Part shown: positions 1 to 14,720 of the stretch, in pieces | How the letters are laid out: each line of letters opens with the position of its first letter | Position numbering within the stretch: position 1 is the first letter of the stretch | NCBI GenBank assembly: GCA_030141605.1 | Contig: JAQGDQ010000010.1 | Span: 1,364,001 to 1,428,000, forward strand | DNA length: 64,000 bases | Direction of reading: 5' to 3' | Origin: Tubiluchus corallicola | Taxonomy: Eukaryota > Animalia > Priapulida | Position numbers and translations under genes: made by a program | Notes under the pieces: generated by a model | What the model saw: the letters and a program-made list of their open reading frames with translations, nothing else | Told to the model about the DNA's origin: nothing | Databases searched by the model: none

Positions 1-789
1 GCCACTATATTGTTGGGTATCATAGTATTTTCATTTTTGGTCGTAAACCAAAGCCCTCGGGGATTTCTGTACATTAGTGTAATGGAATCACACTAAGCTT
101 GGAATGAAATCATTCTTTTTTAAACATTCAGTGCTCAGCAGTTATTGTCGTATTGGAAATGTGAGTTGCGCAACTAGCCAAGCTAACTTTCAACCATCTG
201 TATCGAAAATGGTCTTCGCATTCGATCTGCAGTAACCAGCATAAATGTCGCTTTCTTCAGGGTCCTGTAGGTTCTTTCGCGTCACGCCATTAAATCTGCA
301 AATGTACGAAACTGATGAATAAAAGTCTTAGACTAGTCATTCAAATAGATATCTGTCAAAGCCCTAGTTTCTTTATAAGTTTAAATCGCTAAAGACTTTT
401 GAAGCAACCAGTGAAGCTCTCACTTTGTTGACAGTAGATAAATAAACCAATTTGTTAGACATACACGTGATTTTAGAGGCAATCTTCTACTGTTATTGAG
501 ATTATAGTGTAAGTCAGGTACATTAATTTTGTGTTTAATGCAGAATGACAATTTGGGGTTTTACTGCCATCAAATGTTGACAGGCGATGCGACTATCCGC
601 ATAGTCCGGTTGTTCGCAAGAGTTTTCTACTAAAACGCACATGTGTATCTTATATAGATTATAGTTAACAGTAGCTGTTAAAAGAGTCTCGTTGTGGAAC
701 TCGTTGGGGTCTGCTGTGCTTACTCATTGGCTCTGAAAATGACAAAATCATAGGAAACTAATCTCGGCCTTACACTCAGTGAGGTTTAG

Positions 790-1001
790 ATTGGTGTACA
801 CTAAGTTAAAAGGCTAGGTATTGCGAATTGATCACATTTGAATTAGTGAACGAATCGGCTCCTACTCTCCTCGAGACTGATTTGTTCAATTTTTAAACCG
901 TACCTGTTTTTATTATCATATTGTTATTATAATTATGTATTTAGTTTAATGTTTTATGTTGCAAATCAGCCAAATAAAAAACTATTGAATTGAATTGAAT
1001 T
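790..1001 (+). mobile_element. Probable 3' remnant of a CR1/L2-type LINE with (TTGAA)n tail
   Basis: AT-rich 3'UTR-like stretch ending AATAAA...(TTGAA)3 at ~973-1001. Weak 'LITFELVN..AP'-like residues upstream resemble a CR1 ORF2 C-terminus. Confidence 0.3.
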
Positions 1002-1029
1002 GCCCCTTAGAGTGCTCGCGGGTTATCTA

Positions 1030-1775
1030 TTTTCATTGTAACCTATGCCGTTCGATCCGCCTCATCGAGACCTTTCATTTTATGTGCTACAAGGTACCAT
1101 TGCTCGACACTCGATGCACTTCTGTTCCCGACCCCCATTTTTCGGTTTTTGCCCCCTAGCGGAAATTTTCCTATACACGCATGTCCCATATTTTGTGATG
1201 TGCAGGGCCACGACCCAACCTAGCAAAATACCAAATATTGCGGCCCTAGCGCAAAACTATGGGGATAGATGGGTCATAAAGAAAAATAAATAAAGACCCA
1301 TCCACTACGTGACCTTTGATCTGGCAAATGTATACGTACATAACGTGGCCCAGAGAGTGTACCCTGTGAGGTTTGTGTCCTTAGCCTTCAGTATGTAAAA
1401 GGTCACCAATTGGGGACCCCAAATTTTGCATTTTGCCCCCTACCTCGGGTGTTTAAAGCTTGTCAGCTTTTTAAAACCCCAGGCGCACATCTACCCTACA
1501 GTACCCAAATACTTGTGAAAATTTTTTTAGAAAAACCGAAAACACTAGGAGGAGATGCAAATGAAAGGAAAAACTGACCGGCGCCCACTGTCTGCATCCC
1601 TTGACCAGTGGTCAGTGGTCACCATACTGTAGTTCGTCCCCTGTCCAGGGCTACCAACCCTGTGAGTTTGGTGACCCTAGCTTGCAGGCTAACGAGTTAT
1701 TAAGGGTTAAAGTTGTGAATAATAAATAATAATAAGAAACATAATACCAACTGAAAAACAGTAAGATTTTGCTAA
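1030..1775 (+). mobile_element. Non-autonomous Helentron/HINE-like element, copy 1 (5'-truncated)
   Basis: Colinear similarity to 19825-20550, e.g. gagacctttcattt..atgctacaaggtaccattgctc, aaggtcaccaattggggaccc, gcttgcaggct, aacagtaagattttg. Ends in half of the terminal hairpin seen intact in copy 2. The repeat is clear; the superfamily assignment is inference. Confidence 0.65.
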
Positions 1776-3724
1776 AAAATCCGTACAAGCTCCCCAAAGC
1801 AGTATTTGACTTAGCTTATATGAAAAGACTTTTAGTCGATGAATTACACCAGATTTTGCTATCAATTGGGATGGCAAATTGTAATTTTGTTTTCTTGAAA
1901 GGCAAATGTTTGTAGGTGAAAAAATTTTCGACGCAAGCTTGGAATGGTAGCTTAGTGGTTGTAACATACTGTTTATTTTCCCCCAGAAAGTCTGATGAGA
2001 AATAATGTAATGATGGTGTTATCAATAATAATAATCAATATGACAACCAAGCTATTGTCATATTATCAACTAAACCTGAAAACAAGTATTAAAAATGGTT
2101 CAGTTGCCCTTTAAACCCAAGATTTAGGAATTTAAGTTCTGCGGGTTGGTTTGTAGCATTCAATTTTGTGAGCGATATGAAGCCGTCTGATCAACTTGTG
2201 AATGCGGAGAGGTGACCCAGAAAACTCGTCACGATACAGGTGTAGAAGGTAGAAAACAGTTGAGCTTTGGTATTGGACCTGAAAACATTACATAGGTCAG
2301 ACTTTTCGTAATGGCAGTTTTGCTGAACTTTCGAACGAAAATGTTTGTCCATTTAACTACTTTTGATTGCTGCCGTCATAGTTGATGGGTGAGGATTTTG
2401 GACAGTTAATGGACTCCCAAGCACCCGATGTTATGGTGATAGTACTTGCGGCTGGAGGACTACCGGTTGAGTGATAGACGAGAAGGACACGACAGTTCTC
2501 TTGTTTATTTGAGGCCAACAAGAGGTGTCTAGAGCTTCAGACTATTTCACGGGATCCCGATCTGTAAGTTGATTTATTCTTTGCCTTACTATGCAGCGTG
2601 TCATGGGTACAGATGGACTAATGGTTTTCACAGTTGATAAATGTTCAATATGAACGTGATCCTACACGAGTTGAAGTCATGCCAGACATTGAAATTATGC
2701 ATGAAGTTTAGCAACGAAATGTTTCCTGGATGCTGCTAATTTACACGTGATGTCACAGCCCTGAATGCTACTCTTAACCAGTTAACTTGCTAGCATTTCC
2801 CCAGGGGTGGCTGGTAGTTAGGATAAGCCCTTAGACGAACATTTGATACGGTTAGTTTAGTTTATTTATATCCCAATGGAAATATTACCAAGTCATTATA
2901 ATTATGAACACTATTTATTTTTGGTGATATTGCTTAATTTTGCTTTCAGTTTTGCCCAATAACGTTTTCTGATATTTTTGCCAATGTTTTGTTTCGATGT
3001 ATTGTGCTTTAATGACATATTTCGTCGCTTTGATTTTTGTGCCTAATATTTTGTCATTAAAAGTGATTACAGTATACTATAATTATTATTGTTGCGTCAT
3101 TGTCCTGTTGTATTTAATTCGATTAATCGATAAGTGCTAATACAGAATCCCACAAGAACCAACACCCTCTTGAAGTGGTAGCGCCCCCCGTAGACTACCC
3201 TTGCTGCGAAGCCACTATCTGGAGTTTGTGGGCAGATCCCTCTTTAAAGTAAAATTTTATGTAAACTTTTTGCTCGGCCAAGGAATCTCCAGTGACTACC
3301 TTACATCTAGTCAGGCCTGCCCCATCTGCACTAGTCGTAACAGTGGTACAAATGATCCCTCAAATTATTGGAAATTATACGTTTTATGTAATTATATCAT
3401 TTGCGTGCCAGCATTTTAATTAAGTGGGCCATCAGAGTCCCAAAGTTTTGATCCACAAAAATCGTTTTATCTGCACTTTGTATTCAATTGGATGGAATTA
3501 ATATCATGAAATCAACAACAGGATTAGAAGATAATAGTCAGAATTACTTGCAGTAGTGATTTAATTCCGGAGTAAACTAAAAAATTGTCCTTTAACATAG
3601 CTTACCAGTACTTGCAGTGACTTTTCAAAACTTGTCCATATAGTAAATTGTCATCAACCACCGGGACTAACTTGATATACAAACTTGACAGTCAGCTTTT
3701 GTTTTGACTGTAATAATTCAGACA

Positions 3725-4053
3725 GCCCGTCTAGCCAACCCGCCAGCCAGTCAGCCGACCAACCAGCCAGTCGGTCAGTCAGTCAGTCAGTCAGTCAGTC
3801 AGTCAGTCAGTCAGTCAGTCAGTCAGTCAGTCAGTCAGTCAGTCAGTCAGTCAGTCAGTCAGTCAGTCAGTCAGTCAGTCAGTCAGTCAGTCAGTCAGTC
3901 AGTCAGTCAGTCAGTCAGTCAGTCAGTCAGTCAGTCAGTCAGTCAGTCAGTCAGTCAGTCAGTCAGTCAGTCAGTCAGTCAGTCAGTCAGTCAGTCAGTC
4001 AGTCAGTCAGTCAGTCAGTCAGTCAGTCAGTCAGTCAGTCAGTCAGTCAGTCA

Positions 4054-4102
<49 letters not shown>

Positions 4103-4160
4103 TCAGTCAGTCAGCCCGCCCGCCCGACCGACCGCCCGCCCGCCCGTCAGTTAGTTAGTC
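3725..4160. repeat. (TCAG)n tetranucleotide microsatellite with (CCAG)n/(CCCG)n flanks
   Basis: Directly visible. Explains the SQSV ORFs at 3685-4243. Confidence 0.98.
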
Positions 4161-5164
4161 TGTCAACCAACTGGTCTAACCGAAAATACCAAACAAGAAA
4201 AACGGGGAAACGGAATTTAAATTTTAATCAGAGATCAAATTAATTATTTGACAATCCTGAAATTATATTACGTGTAATTAGTTATAAGATAAGTTGTTAA
4301 TACCTTAGCAATATCATTTGCTCATACATAATTAGGATGATACCTAAATATGCAGGGCTTATTGGCTTATCATATAACTTTATAGGCCTTTTACAGACTC
4401 TTAATAGCTTCCTTTTATAAGTATAACTTCAGGTGCAGCAGGCTCCGTTAATTACCTAGCTTACCTGTCACACAATTGTCAAGGTTCTGGCATTCAAGAT
4501 ATTTTATAATAACTAACACGATATTATAAGCTTATTATATCACGTAAAGCTTGTAAAGCTCACACCACCTGTCCTTAATCAGTCTTAATTACATACTTGA
4601 TACAGGACATTTATAGTGATTCTGCTTCGTTCTGTTGAAGACCATTTTCCTAGGGTTCGTCGCGATGCATATTAAGCAATAATAATTTCAGTTGCTGCTT
4701 GCAATATGATTCTCCCGCGGCAAGTCCTTGCCAGCTTATTACTCTGCTTTCTTGAAATTGTTTATTGAAAATCACATCAAAGCTGACTGAAGGCAATAAA
4801 GTGTCTCTTCGCCAATGGCATCGTAATACGAAAAATTTAAAAAGTTATTAAATTTTGCCATAAGCTGCTGCTCCCCAGTAAAATTATTCGACCATATTTC
4901 GTCAGACGAACAATTTTATAAAATTAAAACTCTCAAGCAAAAATCTCAAGTTATTAGATTAGTAATGATGAAGTATGCTAATCAAAAATTATTGAAAGCA
5001 GACAGGCAATTATGATAAATTTAATGCGGCATGAACAGATCATCATATTTCAAATGAAATACGTTACAATCATGAGTTTAGTTTGCGTGCAGCCTAACTT
5101 ATGCATGTCAGCAGTCAATTAAATTTAATTAGAACTACATAAGAATTTTGTTTGGCGTTTAACG

Positions 5165-5368
5165 TGATGACAATGATGATGATAATGATGGTGATGGTGA
5201 TGGTGATGATAAAGACTGAAAAAAGGTGAAGGAAGTAAGATAAAGAGAGCATTAGTAAATTTACAGAGCGTTAAATAAGCTAAACTATTGTTAGAACAAT
5301 GCAAATTATGATGCCCTGCGCACACGCACGCACACGCACACGCACGCACGCACACACGCACACACACA
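5165..5368. repeat. (GAT/GGT)n and (CA/GCAC)n microsatellites
   Basis: Visible at 5165-5210 and 5319-5368. Confidence 0.9.
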
Positions 5369-8300
5369 TTGTTAGGAGGGCGAAATGATATTTATTTTCG
5401 ACCCACCCCTCTACATTGCGGTGGTCTCGTCCATGCGAAGCCATTGCATAGTGGCGTTGAATACCAGGTATCAAACCGTCGCTATGGAATGGTCTCGTCG
5501 GTTCAGTGGGCTGACGGGCAGGTGCGTTTTCACCCTCAGCACCTGCTCCTTATTGACAAGCAAACTGGAGCACAATGGATTAGATATCTGGCGAGTTACT
5601 TGATTCTATAATTTCTGCAGACCTATTTCAGCCATCTGGTTGAGGAACACCCACCTTGGAGGCGCGACGCACTTACTCGGACATCAACTTTTATGGCAAG
5701 TTGAACACTAAAAGTTTCCATAGAGTCATTCCTTCGAGGATTTAACTTATAAATTACAAAATGTTTCAAAATCTTCAAACCAGACCTGCAGTAAATTTAT
5801 ATATTTCAAAACTAGCTTAAACTGCAACTGCTTGTAAATTTGTAAATGTTACTATATACATATGCCTACTCTAAAAACAATAATGAAAGTTACGTAAAAC
5901 ACATGGATTAAAAGTAGCTGATCAATAAAAACAACAGAACTTAGACGTTATAAACAGTGTTTATGAGGATGCCTTGAATTTACGTTGAAAGAATTGAGAA
6001 ATGGTACGTGGCTCAATTCTGTGGTGTAGATTGTGGTTCCGTAAAGGAGTCAACAGCAACGGCGCGTGCGGTGTCTTTGGAACATTTGGATCACAACTCG
6101 GCCACTAGTTTGTACGGACGACGTTTAATCGAATTAAAGTCTTTGACAAAATTGATCAAACGTGCACAGATGAAAGAAATTTACAACTTACAAGCTATGA
6201 TTTCTTATAAGCTTTTTATAAATATCAGGTTTGATTACGCACTAGCTCCTTCAAATCACGCGCGCTGTCTACTTCAGGTGAATGCCCAGGTAAGAGAGTA
6301 ATTAGCAAGTATTAATAGTTTAGCATTTGGTGTTGACAGAAAATCAAAGCAGTGCCTTCCCTTAGGCACTGATAATCAACATGTTTGGACAAACAAGTAT
6401 CGTATGTTGCAAGATATTAACAGAACAGTTTGGAGGCTTATCAATATCATTTTGCATATGCTAGTGTATTAGTAATGAAAACTCATTTGGATATAGTCGA
6501 AGACGAAGTAAGTGAATCAGTGGCACGGATATTTCTTTGTAAATGTTTTAATATTTCAGCCAGCTGACAAATGATGGGGCCTGTCACAATGTTGCTATGC
6601 TTTTCATCGATAAAATAATAAAATCATATCATCTATTTCTTGGGTGCAAATTTTGTAATTCAGACTATTACTCAAATATCAAGACTGTTCAAAATTACTG
6701 TCAGATAAGCTGCCAAGTTTCGTCATACTTACATAAAAATCTAATTAAATTCATTAGTAATTTCAAGCTTCTTTTTTCAAGTTTGAAGTATTTCGTTTAT
6801 TTTCTTTGAGTTTAATTTGACAAAAACTGCGACCATCTATTCTTAGCAAAAGTATGCTTTCATTTTTATATTACTGTGATCACTGACCAGTCTATTTTAA
6901 ATGTGTTGTCCAAGTTTTGTAGTTTTGGCGAACTGTCAAACACTGAGTAATGACCAGTAATCCAAGGCTTTTCGAGATTAGAGGCTTTTACTTTCGTAAA
7001 GGAAACGCTTCTTGTGCTTTTCTAACGTGAATTATAAAAAATGTAAATGGCATAAGCGGCTTACGAGTTATCTGTAATAAGTAGTGTGCAAAGTGTAGAG
7101 CCAGCCTATATTAAGATTTTCAAACTCTCTTCACTTAATCTTCGCCTTAGTAAGTTCATGTTGCAACAAACACGTTCTTGGCTTTCCAGACCGTCCGTTT
7201 TAAGGTAAGATTTTATATTTGCAATACAAAAAATTCCAATATAATTTGAGATTTCGGTACAAAAAAAATCGATAAAAATATAACGCGGGTCACCAGTGGC
7301 TGTCATTAAAGTACAAAGGTCGGAATATCTCATCATTTCAAGGAAATCTTGAATAGGCAAATGCGAACGAAAAGCTCAAAATGTTCACACTAATTCACTA
7401 TTATACAGCATTTAATAATGCCATCTATAGCAGCACATTTCAGATACTGAACTACATAAAGTTAACTAAATACACCACCTCGATGATCTTTTTTTCAAAT
7501 CTAACTAACGCGACTATAGCCACATATTTCACAAAGCATAATTACGATTTTCGGGATAACCACCTACCAGCAACACTGGTTCTTTGTTTAGAGCGAATAG
7601 TTTACAATTAACGTAAAAAAAATCATTCAAATTAATAGGTTGACACGTGGCTTTCGTCCAAGTACGTAGATTTTAAATTAATGTCAGAATAAACTTGACA
7701 TGATTTGGATGTAACATTTCCTTTCCCTGAAATGGTCAAAAGTAATAGCAATTTTTTAAGCTATATACATTTTAACATTTTAAACAGTGCTTAAAAATTC
7801 TTTTCAGTCCTTAATCCAAGGAAACAATTAAATGGAAAGATAGAATCCAAACAACTCGGAACGACTCATTCTCCATTATTTACATCTTTCTAAGTACTTT
7901 TCGCGTTTTTCATCGGCATTTTGTCAGATGTAAACATCATTTGCTAACGATGAAGTGACACTACATTGCTAATTTCAAGATATGTTTACAAACGTTAGAG
8001 TTTTCAAATTTATGGTGAAGCATCTCATTCTTGGGAGACTCTTTACTCTTGGATTCGTGAGATCTCCTCGTAGTACTTTCAATATACTTACACACGCAGT
8101 ACTTTCAGTACGATATTATACTAACTAAATTTTGGGATCGCTGTTCAAAAAACAAACAGAAATCTGAAACGTCAAAATAATTTAACATGAAGATCATAAC
8201 AATTTTTTTGCATCTTACTTGAATTTGTCACGTTGTTAATTTATTATTTGCTTATCAAACTGGTAATAGCTATAGCATTTTGGTCGTAGCTATGCATCTG

Positions 8301-9420
8301 TTTCCATACATTCATCCATGTTATAACTTTTCTTATGACATGCTACTGTGAGTTTGACAAAACTACAATAAAATAACTTACAATATATTTGCGATACCCG
8401 GCATCTCTCTGGATGGAACACGGCGAGATAAACCAAGTTTTATGACTAGCTTCATTTCTTCTGCTACTGAACAGTAATTATTGATCGATAGCAAGGGATA
8501 TTTTGTCTGGTTAGATATGTAATTAACGAAATGTTCTAAAAACGAGCTTGACACCGAAACGAGTTCAGAAACAAACAGACAAGTCAAACCCGTCCTAAAA
8601 CTAGACGAAAAATCGTCGAGTGTATAAAACAATCTTATAGCACACTCTAAAAATAGTTAACAAGTCCAGAATTTAAACGCTAAATATAATAATCAAAGTA
8701 AAAAACTTCGTTTATTTTAAAATTTTTAACAGTATTTATCAGATTTTAAGATTTTTCAAGTATTTTACAGATCTAGTGTTGCTTAACTGAAACCAAATAT
8801 GTAGTACAGAATAAAAACTACGGAATAAAGTTTAAGCGTATCATTATGAAGTGTTTATTCTAATTTTGATTAGCCAGTATAGTTTGAATAAACGTTCTTA
8901 GCCAAGTCACCCTACCTCTAGCTAAGCCACTCTATCTGTAGAAACTATTATAGGATTTTTATGTGATAAGTAACCAAGAATTTCATTTTGTTTCTGTGTA
9001 AATCAATAAGCTGGGGCCCAACTTGCAGTTTGATCAATCATTACAGTATAAACGTGATACCGCACATTCTTGTAGCTCCTTGCTATTTGCTTGCCCTGAT
9101 TGCCTCAATTATGGACTTGTGTTGTTCTTCATAATGGTAAGAGAATTTAACACGTACGAGCAGCGGCGTTTCAACACGAATCAGTTAACATGGTTTCATT
9201 TGTTGTGAGAAATGCCTTGTCACGGAGGACATATTTTTCATTGAAATTAGTAATAATTTTTTCTATATTTTTTCTACATATATTTTTATTAACCCGGAGC
9301 TATGAAAGATTAACTAATTTATATTTTGCAATGGGTTCAAAATGCATCAAAATTTACCGTCTGGGTAATTCAGAGCTACAAAATTATGCCATGCGATGCA
9401 ACAACAGCGACAACAGCAAT

Positions 9421-9560
9421 GGTTGGTTGGTGGGTTGGTTGATAAGTTGATTTATTAGTTGGTTTGTTGGTTAGTTAGTTAGTTAGTTAGTTAGTCAGTC
9501 AGTCAGTCAGTCAGTCAGTCAGTCAGTCAGTCAGTTAGTAAGTTAGTAAGTAAGAAAGTA
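9421..9560. repeat. Compound (TTGG)n/(TTAG)n/(TCAG)n microsatellite
   Basis: Directly visible. Confidence 0.95.
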
Positions 9561-10539
9561 AATGAGTTGGTTAGATTTATTGACCGACAAAAAAATGCAA
9601 TAAATATACAATCATGGACACAAAAAATGAGAAACGAAATACACAGATATTTTCTGCAAAATTTCACCTAATATTTTATGAAAACTGTATGTTATATTCA
9701 ATTTTATAAATTTTAACAGCATTTTTAATTATGAATATTGAAACTGAGATGCAATTACCATAAATATTTTTGGCTTTTGTTACAAATTCATACCACCAAA
9801 TTCAACTTTGTTTCAAAATGATCATAAGTTTAGGAAATCTGTGTTATAAAAATTCATCCTCAAATTTTGAGCATACGTGTATTCACATGACATAGCTTGA
9901 TTCGACTGTGCCTGACCTCACACGAACACAGCATTTTCTCTCGGCATATGAGCCCTGTAGCTAGTTTCTAACGCAAGCAAATGGGCAGAGAAGAAGAACA
10001 TTGAAAGCTTCACCCTATGGAATTCGGCGAATTATTACATACGTCCGATACCGATAATCTTGATTTAACTCCTGACAAGTTATAAACTTCGACTTTTCTG
10101 ATGGTCGAACGATGTTTTAGAAAGTTTAGATAATTTTCCAGAATATCGCCTTCTGATGCCGATAACGTTCTCAGCACATGGTGTACCTGAAGCCGTACAC
10201 ACATTATATGCTAACATGAAGGGTGATCAACCGCGCTTGTTCGATCTGAAAGAATGTGGCTAAAATACCGGCACTTCGCCCAATAAATAAATTCTAATAA
10301 GTTCACTGACAGTGGGAAGGCCAATTTCTATCAAACAGAGATTATTTGCTGTCGTAGCTCTGACACATCAAAGCTTTTACTACATAAGCAATATGAATAA
10401 GTCTAGAGTTATTTGTGAGCCATGACTCACAGCTGTAAAGAATTGCTGACAAAAAACAGTACTCTAACATTCTGAATAACATTACAGTGACAGTCACCAT
10501 TTTTGTAAATGAATTTTAAACAAATTTTAAAATGTGGCA

Positions 10540-11160
10540 GATTTTTTCTGCGCAGTGTTTAAACACAAAAGGGACTATCTTCCCACAACATGAAAGCTAG
10601 GCTCCTAAATAAGTAAAATTACAATAACAAGAACAATATTTAGGATTCTATGCTTAATATTACGATTTGCACTATTTCCGTTCCCAGAAAACCCTATAAA
10701 TTTGACGTCTAGGCATATAGATTCATCCGCACAAAAAACTAAGTTTATATTTGTATTTAGCATTCTAAAATACCCCATTAATGCAGTAAATTACAGATTT
10801 GTACACTAAATAATTGGGGAGCGTCCTACTTTCGGGACAGAAGGAATACCGTAAAATGGGTTACTAGAGCAATTGGGTCCGTCCTTACAAAGAAACTAAT
10901 ATCATATTAGCATTCAGCACTATAAAATACCCCCTTTTCCGATTTTCATGTGTCTTTATAGTTAAAAAATGGGGCATTTCTCTGCTCAAGGGCCCAACGG
11001 AAAATGGCACCCCAAAATTCCCTTAATGGGCTCGAAAAAATGGCACCCAATTTTACTGAACTGAGGGGCCACAATTCTTCACTTTCAACAAAAAAATTAA
11101 TTTTAGCACAAAACCCCCACCGGATCCAAAAATCTGACACAAAGAACCCTATATTAAAAG
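10540..11160. mobile_element. Probable cluster of decayed non-autonomous DNA transposon fragments
   Basis: Tc1/mariner-like terminal strings (ttcgggacagaaggaata; taccgtaaaatggg) and locally repeated motifs (aaaatggcacccaa x2; ttagcattc..aaaatacccc x2). Partner TIRs not found. Confidence 0.25.
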
Positions 11161-12719
11161 CAGTTACAGCGTTTATCAATTAAATTATCATTAACTAAAT
11201 TCGCATTGTCATTGGTATTCCTATTTAATACCATGAATTTTGTCTTTTCCTCATTAATTTGCATTCCTGAGCAGCTGCAAAAACCTGGTAATATTTTCAA
11301 CTTCTTTCGCATGGGTTAAGCTGTGTAGCTGACCAATTTCAATAATAAGGGTAAAAAAGACACCCTTATTACACTTTGCTTTCAAATCATGAAAAAGTTC
11401 ATGCGACACCGGGTTTACAGGCAACATACTCAAATTCTCAGAGTCAGAAAAACTGGCGCGTGAAAAGAAGGTACGACCACCATGTAAACGATGTATAACA
11501 CGTGGTTCAGATAATTTTACATAGTATCAGTTAATTTTTTATACTAGAATCCTGGAGTCGGGCTAAGGCTTTGTTGTTTCATATAGGGCCAGGCGATATT
11601 CGAGCCTAGGAATCTTAATGAGCTAATATTCAATGAAAGATAGGATACAAAAACTAGTTATTAAGCAGTATATAACAAAATTTAATTGATTACTGAGTTA
11701 GCAGATTCTAACCAGTAGAAGAGACATAGTAACTATAACACTCACAGTACAGCAAATAAGCAAATATATTCCCTAGTCTAATAAATAAAGAGCAAACGGT
11801 GATGCACTCTCGATGACGGCAATCCAACGATGACTAAATACGAACGGAATTGTGCTAGCCAGCAATCGCTAAAGAAAAGTACAAAAATCGTGGCTTTCCA
11901 AGCGCACCACCGAGATTACGTAAAACGGCAGTTGCTAACCTGTTGCTTGTACCTTCCACGGATTCACCAACAACGCTTTAGTCTACCATCATCTTCACCA
12001 TGACTTCTGGTTCGGACGAATCTCCGACGATAACAGCAACCACCAAGGCAACGCATTCGTCCCACATCTGTCAGCACTGCGAACAATGGTTGTTGACAGA
12101 CGAAATATTGACGTTTACAGTAACTGCGCAGTAACATTGACAATGTTAATTGACATTTCTGACTTTTCACAGATATGTGAAATATCAGACGATGGTCATT
12201 TCACGTGACCTAAGCAATTCAATAACGGTCGACTGATTGCCAGGTTGCACGTCTCCAGGTATAGCTGAAAAGTATGTCATCGCGTACACTTCATACCTAT
12301 ACATGTTTCACACGTTTGAAAGAAGCCGCGAGTACGTAGGCATTCCAAAACACAAATTTTGGTTTTGTTAGTAGGACTTCTGCTGCATTAGGCTAATAAT
12401 ACAATGTGACTACTTGCAATTACTGCAGCTATCACCGGAAAGAGCTTGATTGCAAAAATATAAAGGTGACGAACAAATAAACAAAAATACTTTAAAAAAC
12501 AGTTGTTATTTAATGAAAATACCAACTCTATAGAACTTCGATCTTTCTGGTCACCGTCTTGCTTTCGGGCAGGCGTAAACCAAGGTGGCGTAGAATCGAC
12601 GGTACAAGACACGATCATAAAGTTTAGTAAGTTAATCCATGATTGATATGCCTCGGTAATTGTCACAATTCCAGCAATGACCTTTCTCACGTTACCAGTT
12701 TGCGAATTCACTATATCTA

Positions 12720-13266
<547 letters not shown>

Positions 13267-14550
13267 ACAACAAGCAACAGCGGCTACGAGAACCGCAGAT
13301 GTAACGTGAACTCTTAAATGCAATTTGCAGCTCACATAGTTGTTTGACGTTGTTTATTTTGGCTTATAAATAATCCTATTAACTGGGATATTAGAAAATT
13401 TCACGGAGAATATCACGGAATAAGAAGCGCGTACGCATTAAGTAGCTAGCACGCTAAGTTTAAGCGTATAGGCATCTATCATAGTAGTGAACAGGGTCCA
13501 AAAACATTTCCTGCAAATTCTTTTAATAAAACAAAAATCACAGTCAAAAAGCGTGAAATTTTAACAGAATAACAATAAGTACATAAACGTTTTATACACA
13601 AGAAAAAAATTAGCTGTAAATGTTATGTTTCATTTTCGCTGAACTTTTAAAACGTGGTGTCTAAAATGGAATTTTCATAAAACAGAAAACAAAATTTTCC
13701 AATACTTACTGTTGTAAGCAGAAAAGAAACTCAGCCTTGCATATTTTTATCTACAACTTAACTAAGAAAAAATGTTCCATGTACTTCCTTTCTTTTTTGT
13801 CCACTCTGCGAAGCCTAGGTCAGAATTGGTCAACAAATCACATTGTACAGGCATTTGACATATTCTTGAAATAAACTTTTTAAATTCAGAAACATTTTGA
13901 TATTTCGTATATCAGCGATACACTCAATTAGATAAGTTCTCCTATATGCCAATACCTAGAGGATTTACTAAGTTATGCTAGTGAAGAAACGTAAAAACCC
14001 GGGTTTTTTTATTTCAAACAGTAAATCTTGGAAACATTTTCTTTTGTTTGTTATCAAAACACAATTTTTAAATGTCAACTTTTTTAAAAAGTTTTCTAAA
14101 AATAAAACGTAAAACTTGCAACTAAATTTACAAATAAAACATACAACTAAACACATATATTCATCTGTGCCATAAACACATTGTGCCTTTTTGGCTTGTA
14201 ATTTTTGGTTATTTTCTTGCAGGCCTCGTATTTTTTACGTGGCTTAGTATATTGTAAGCTAGGATCCAGGACGCAACAACGAGCCCATATTTGTGGTGGA
14301 ACCAGTTTACAAGCAAAGGATAATCCTCTAGGATGAGGCACTGAACCGTCGTTGATATGGCTAGCCATCTTCTGATATGTAAGCTGCTAAGACCAAAGCG
14401 TGGCATGATATTCTGTAGCAAAATATATGAAATACAACTAGCACAACTTTTGGTTCATCATAGATCTAATCTTCGGTTTTTGTCAGCTATGATTTTCAAA
14501 CTGACAGGCTCTACGAAGCCACACACGATTTAATATTACGTAAGTATGAA

Positions 14551-14720
14551 GCGGAACGAATAGCCGAGTGGTCATTCTAGCATGTTGTACAAGAATGGCT
14601 CACGATCCTCTGGGTTCGATACTTGCTGTAGGGGGTTTAAGTGATCATACTTTCCTAGATCTTTACCTCGTAGCAGCGCAAAGGGAGGATACGTATGAAT
14701 CTAAACGCAACTAAGACACC
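14551..14720 (+). mobile_element. tRNA-derived SINE
   Basis: Pol III A box TAGCCGAGTGG (14561-14571) and B box GGTTCGATAC (14613-14622) at tRNA-like spacing, without a cloverleaf. 3' boundary approximate. Confidence 0.55.

Noticed and set aside
1790-2114. Kolobok-like DNA transposon ending cagttgccctttaa
   Set aside because: Only one plausible terminus is visible, with no partner TIR or second copy in the window.
3685-4243. 157-aa and 179-aa SQSV-repeat ORFs
   Set aside because: Translations of the (TCAG)n microsatellite.
11935-12210. GC-richer open frames that look exon-like
   Set aside because: No recognisable motif and no consistent acceptor/donor pair.
14551-14630. tRNA gene
   Set aside because: A and B boxes are present but there is no acceptor or anticodon stem pairing; better explained as a SINE head.
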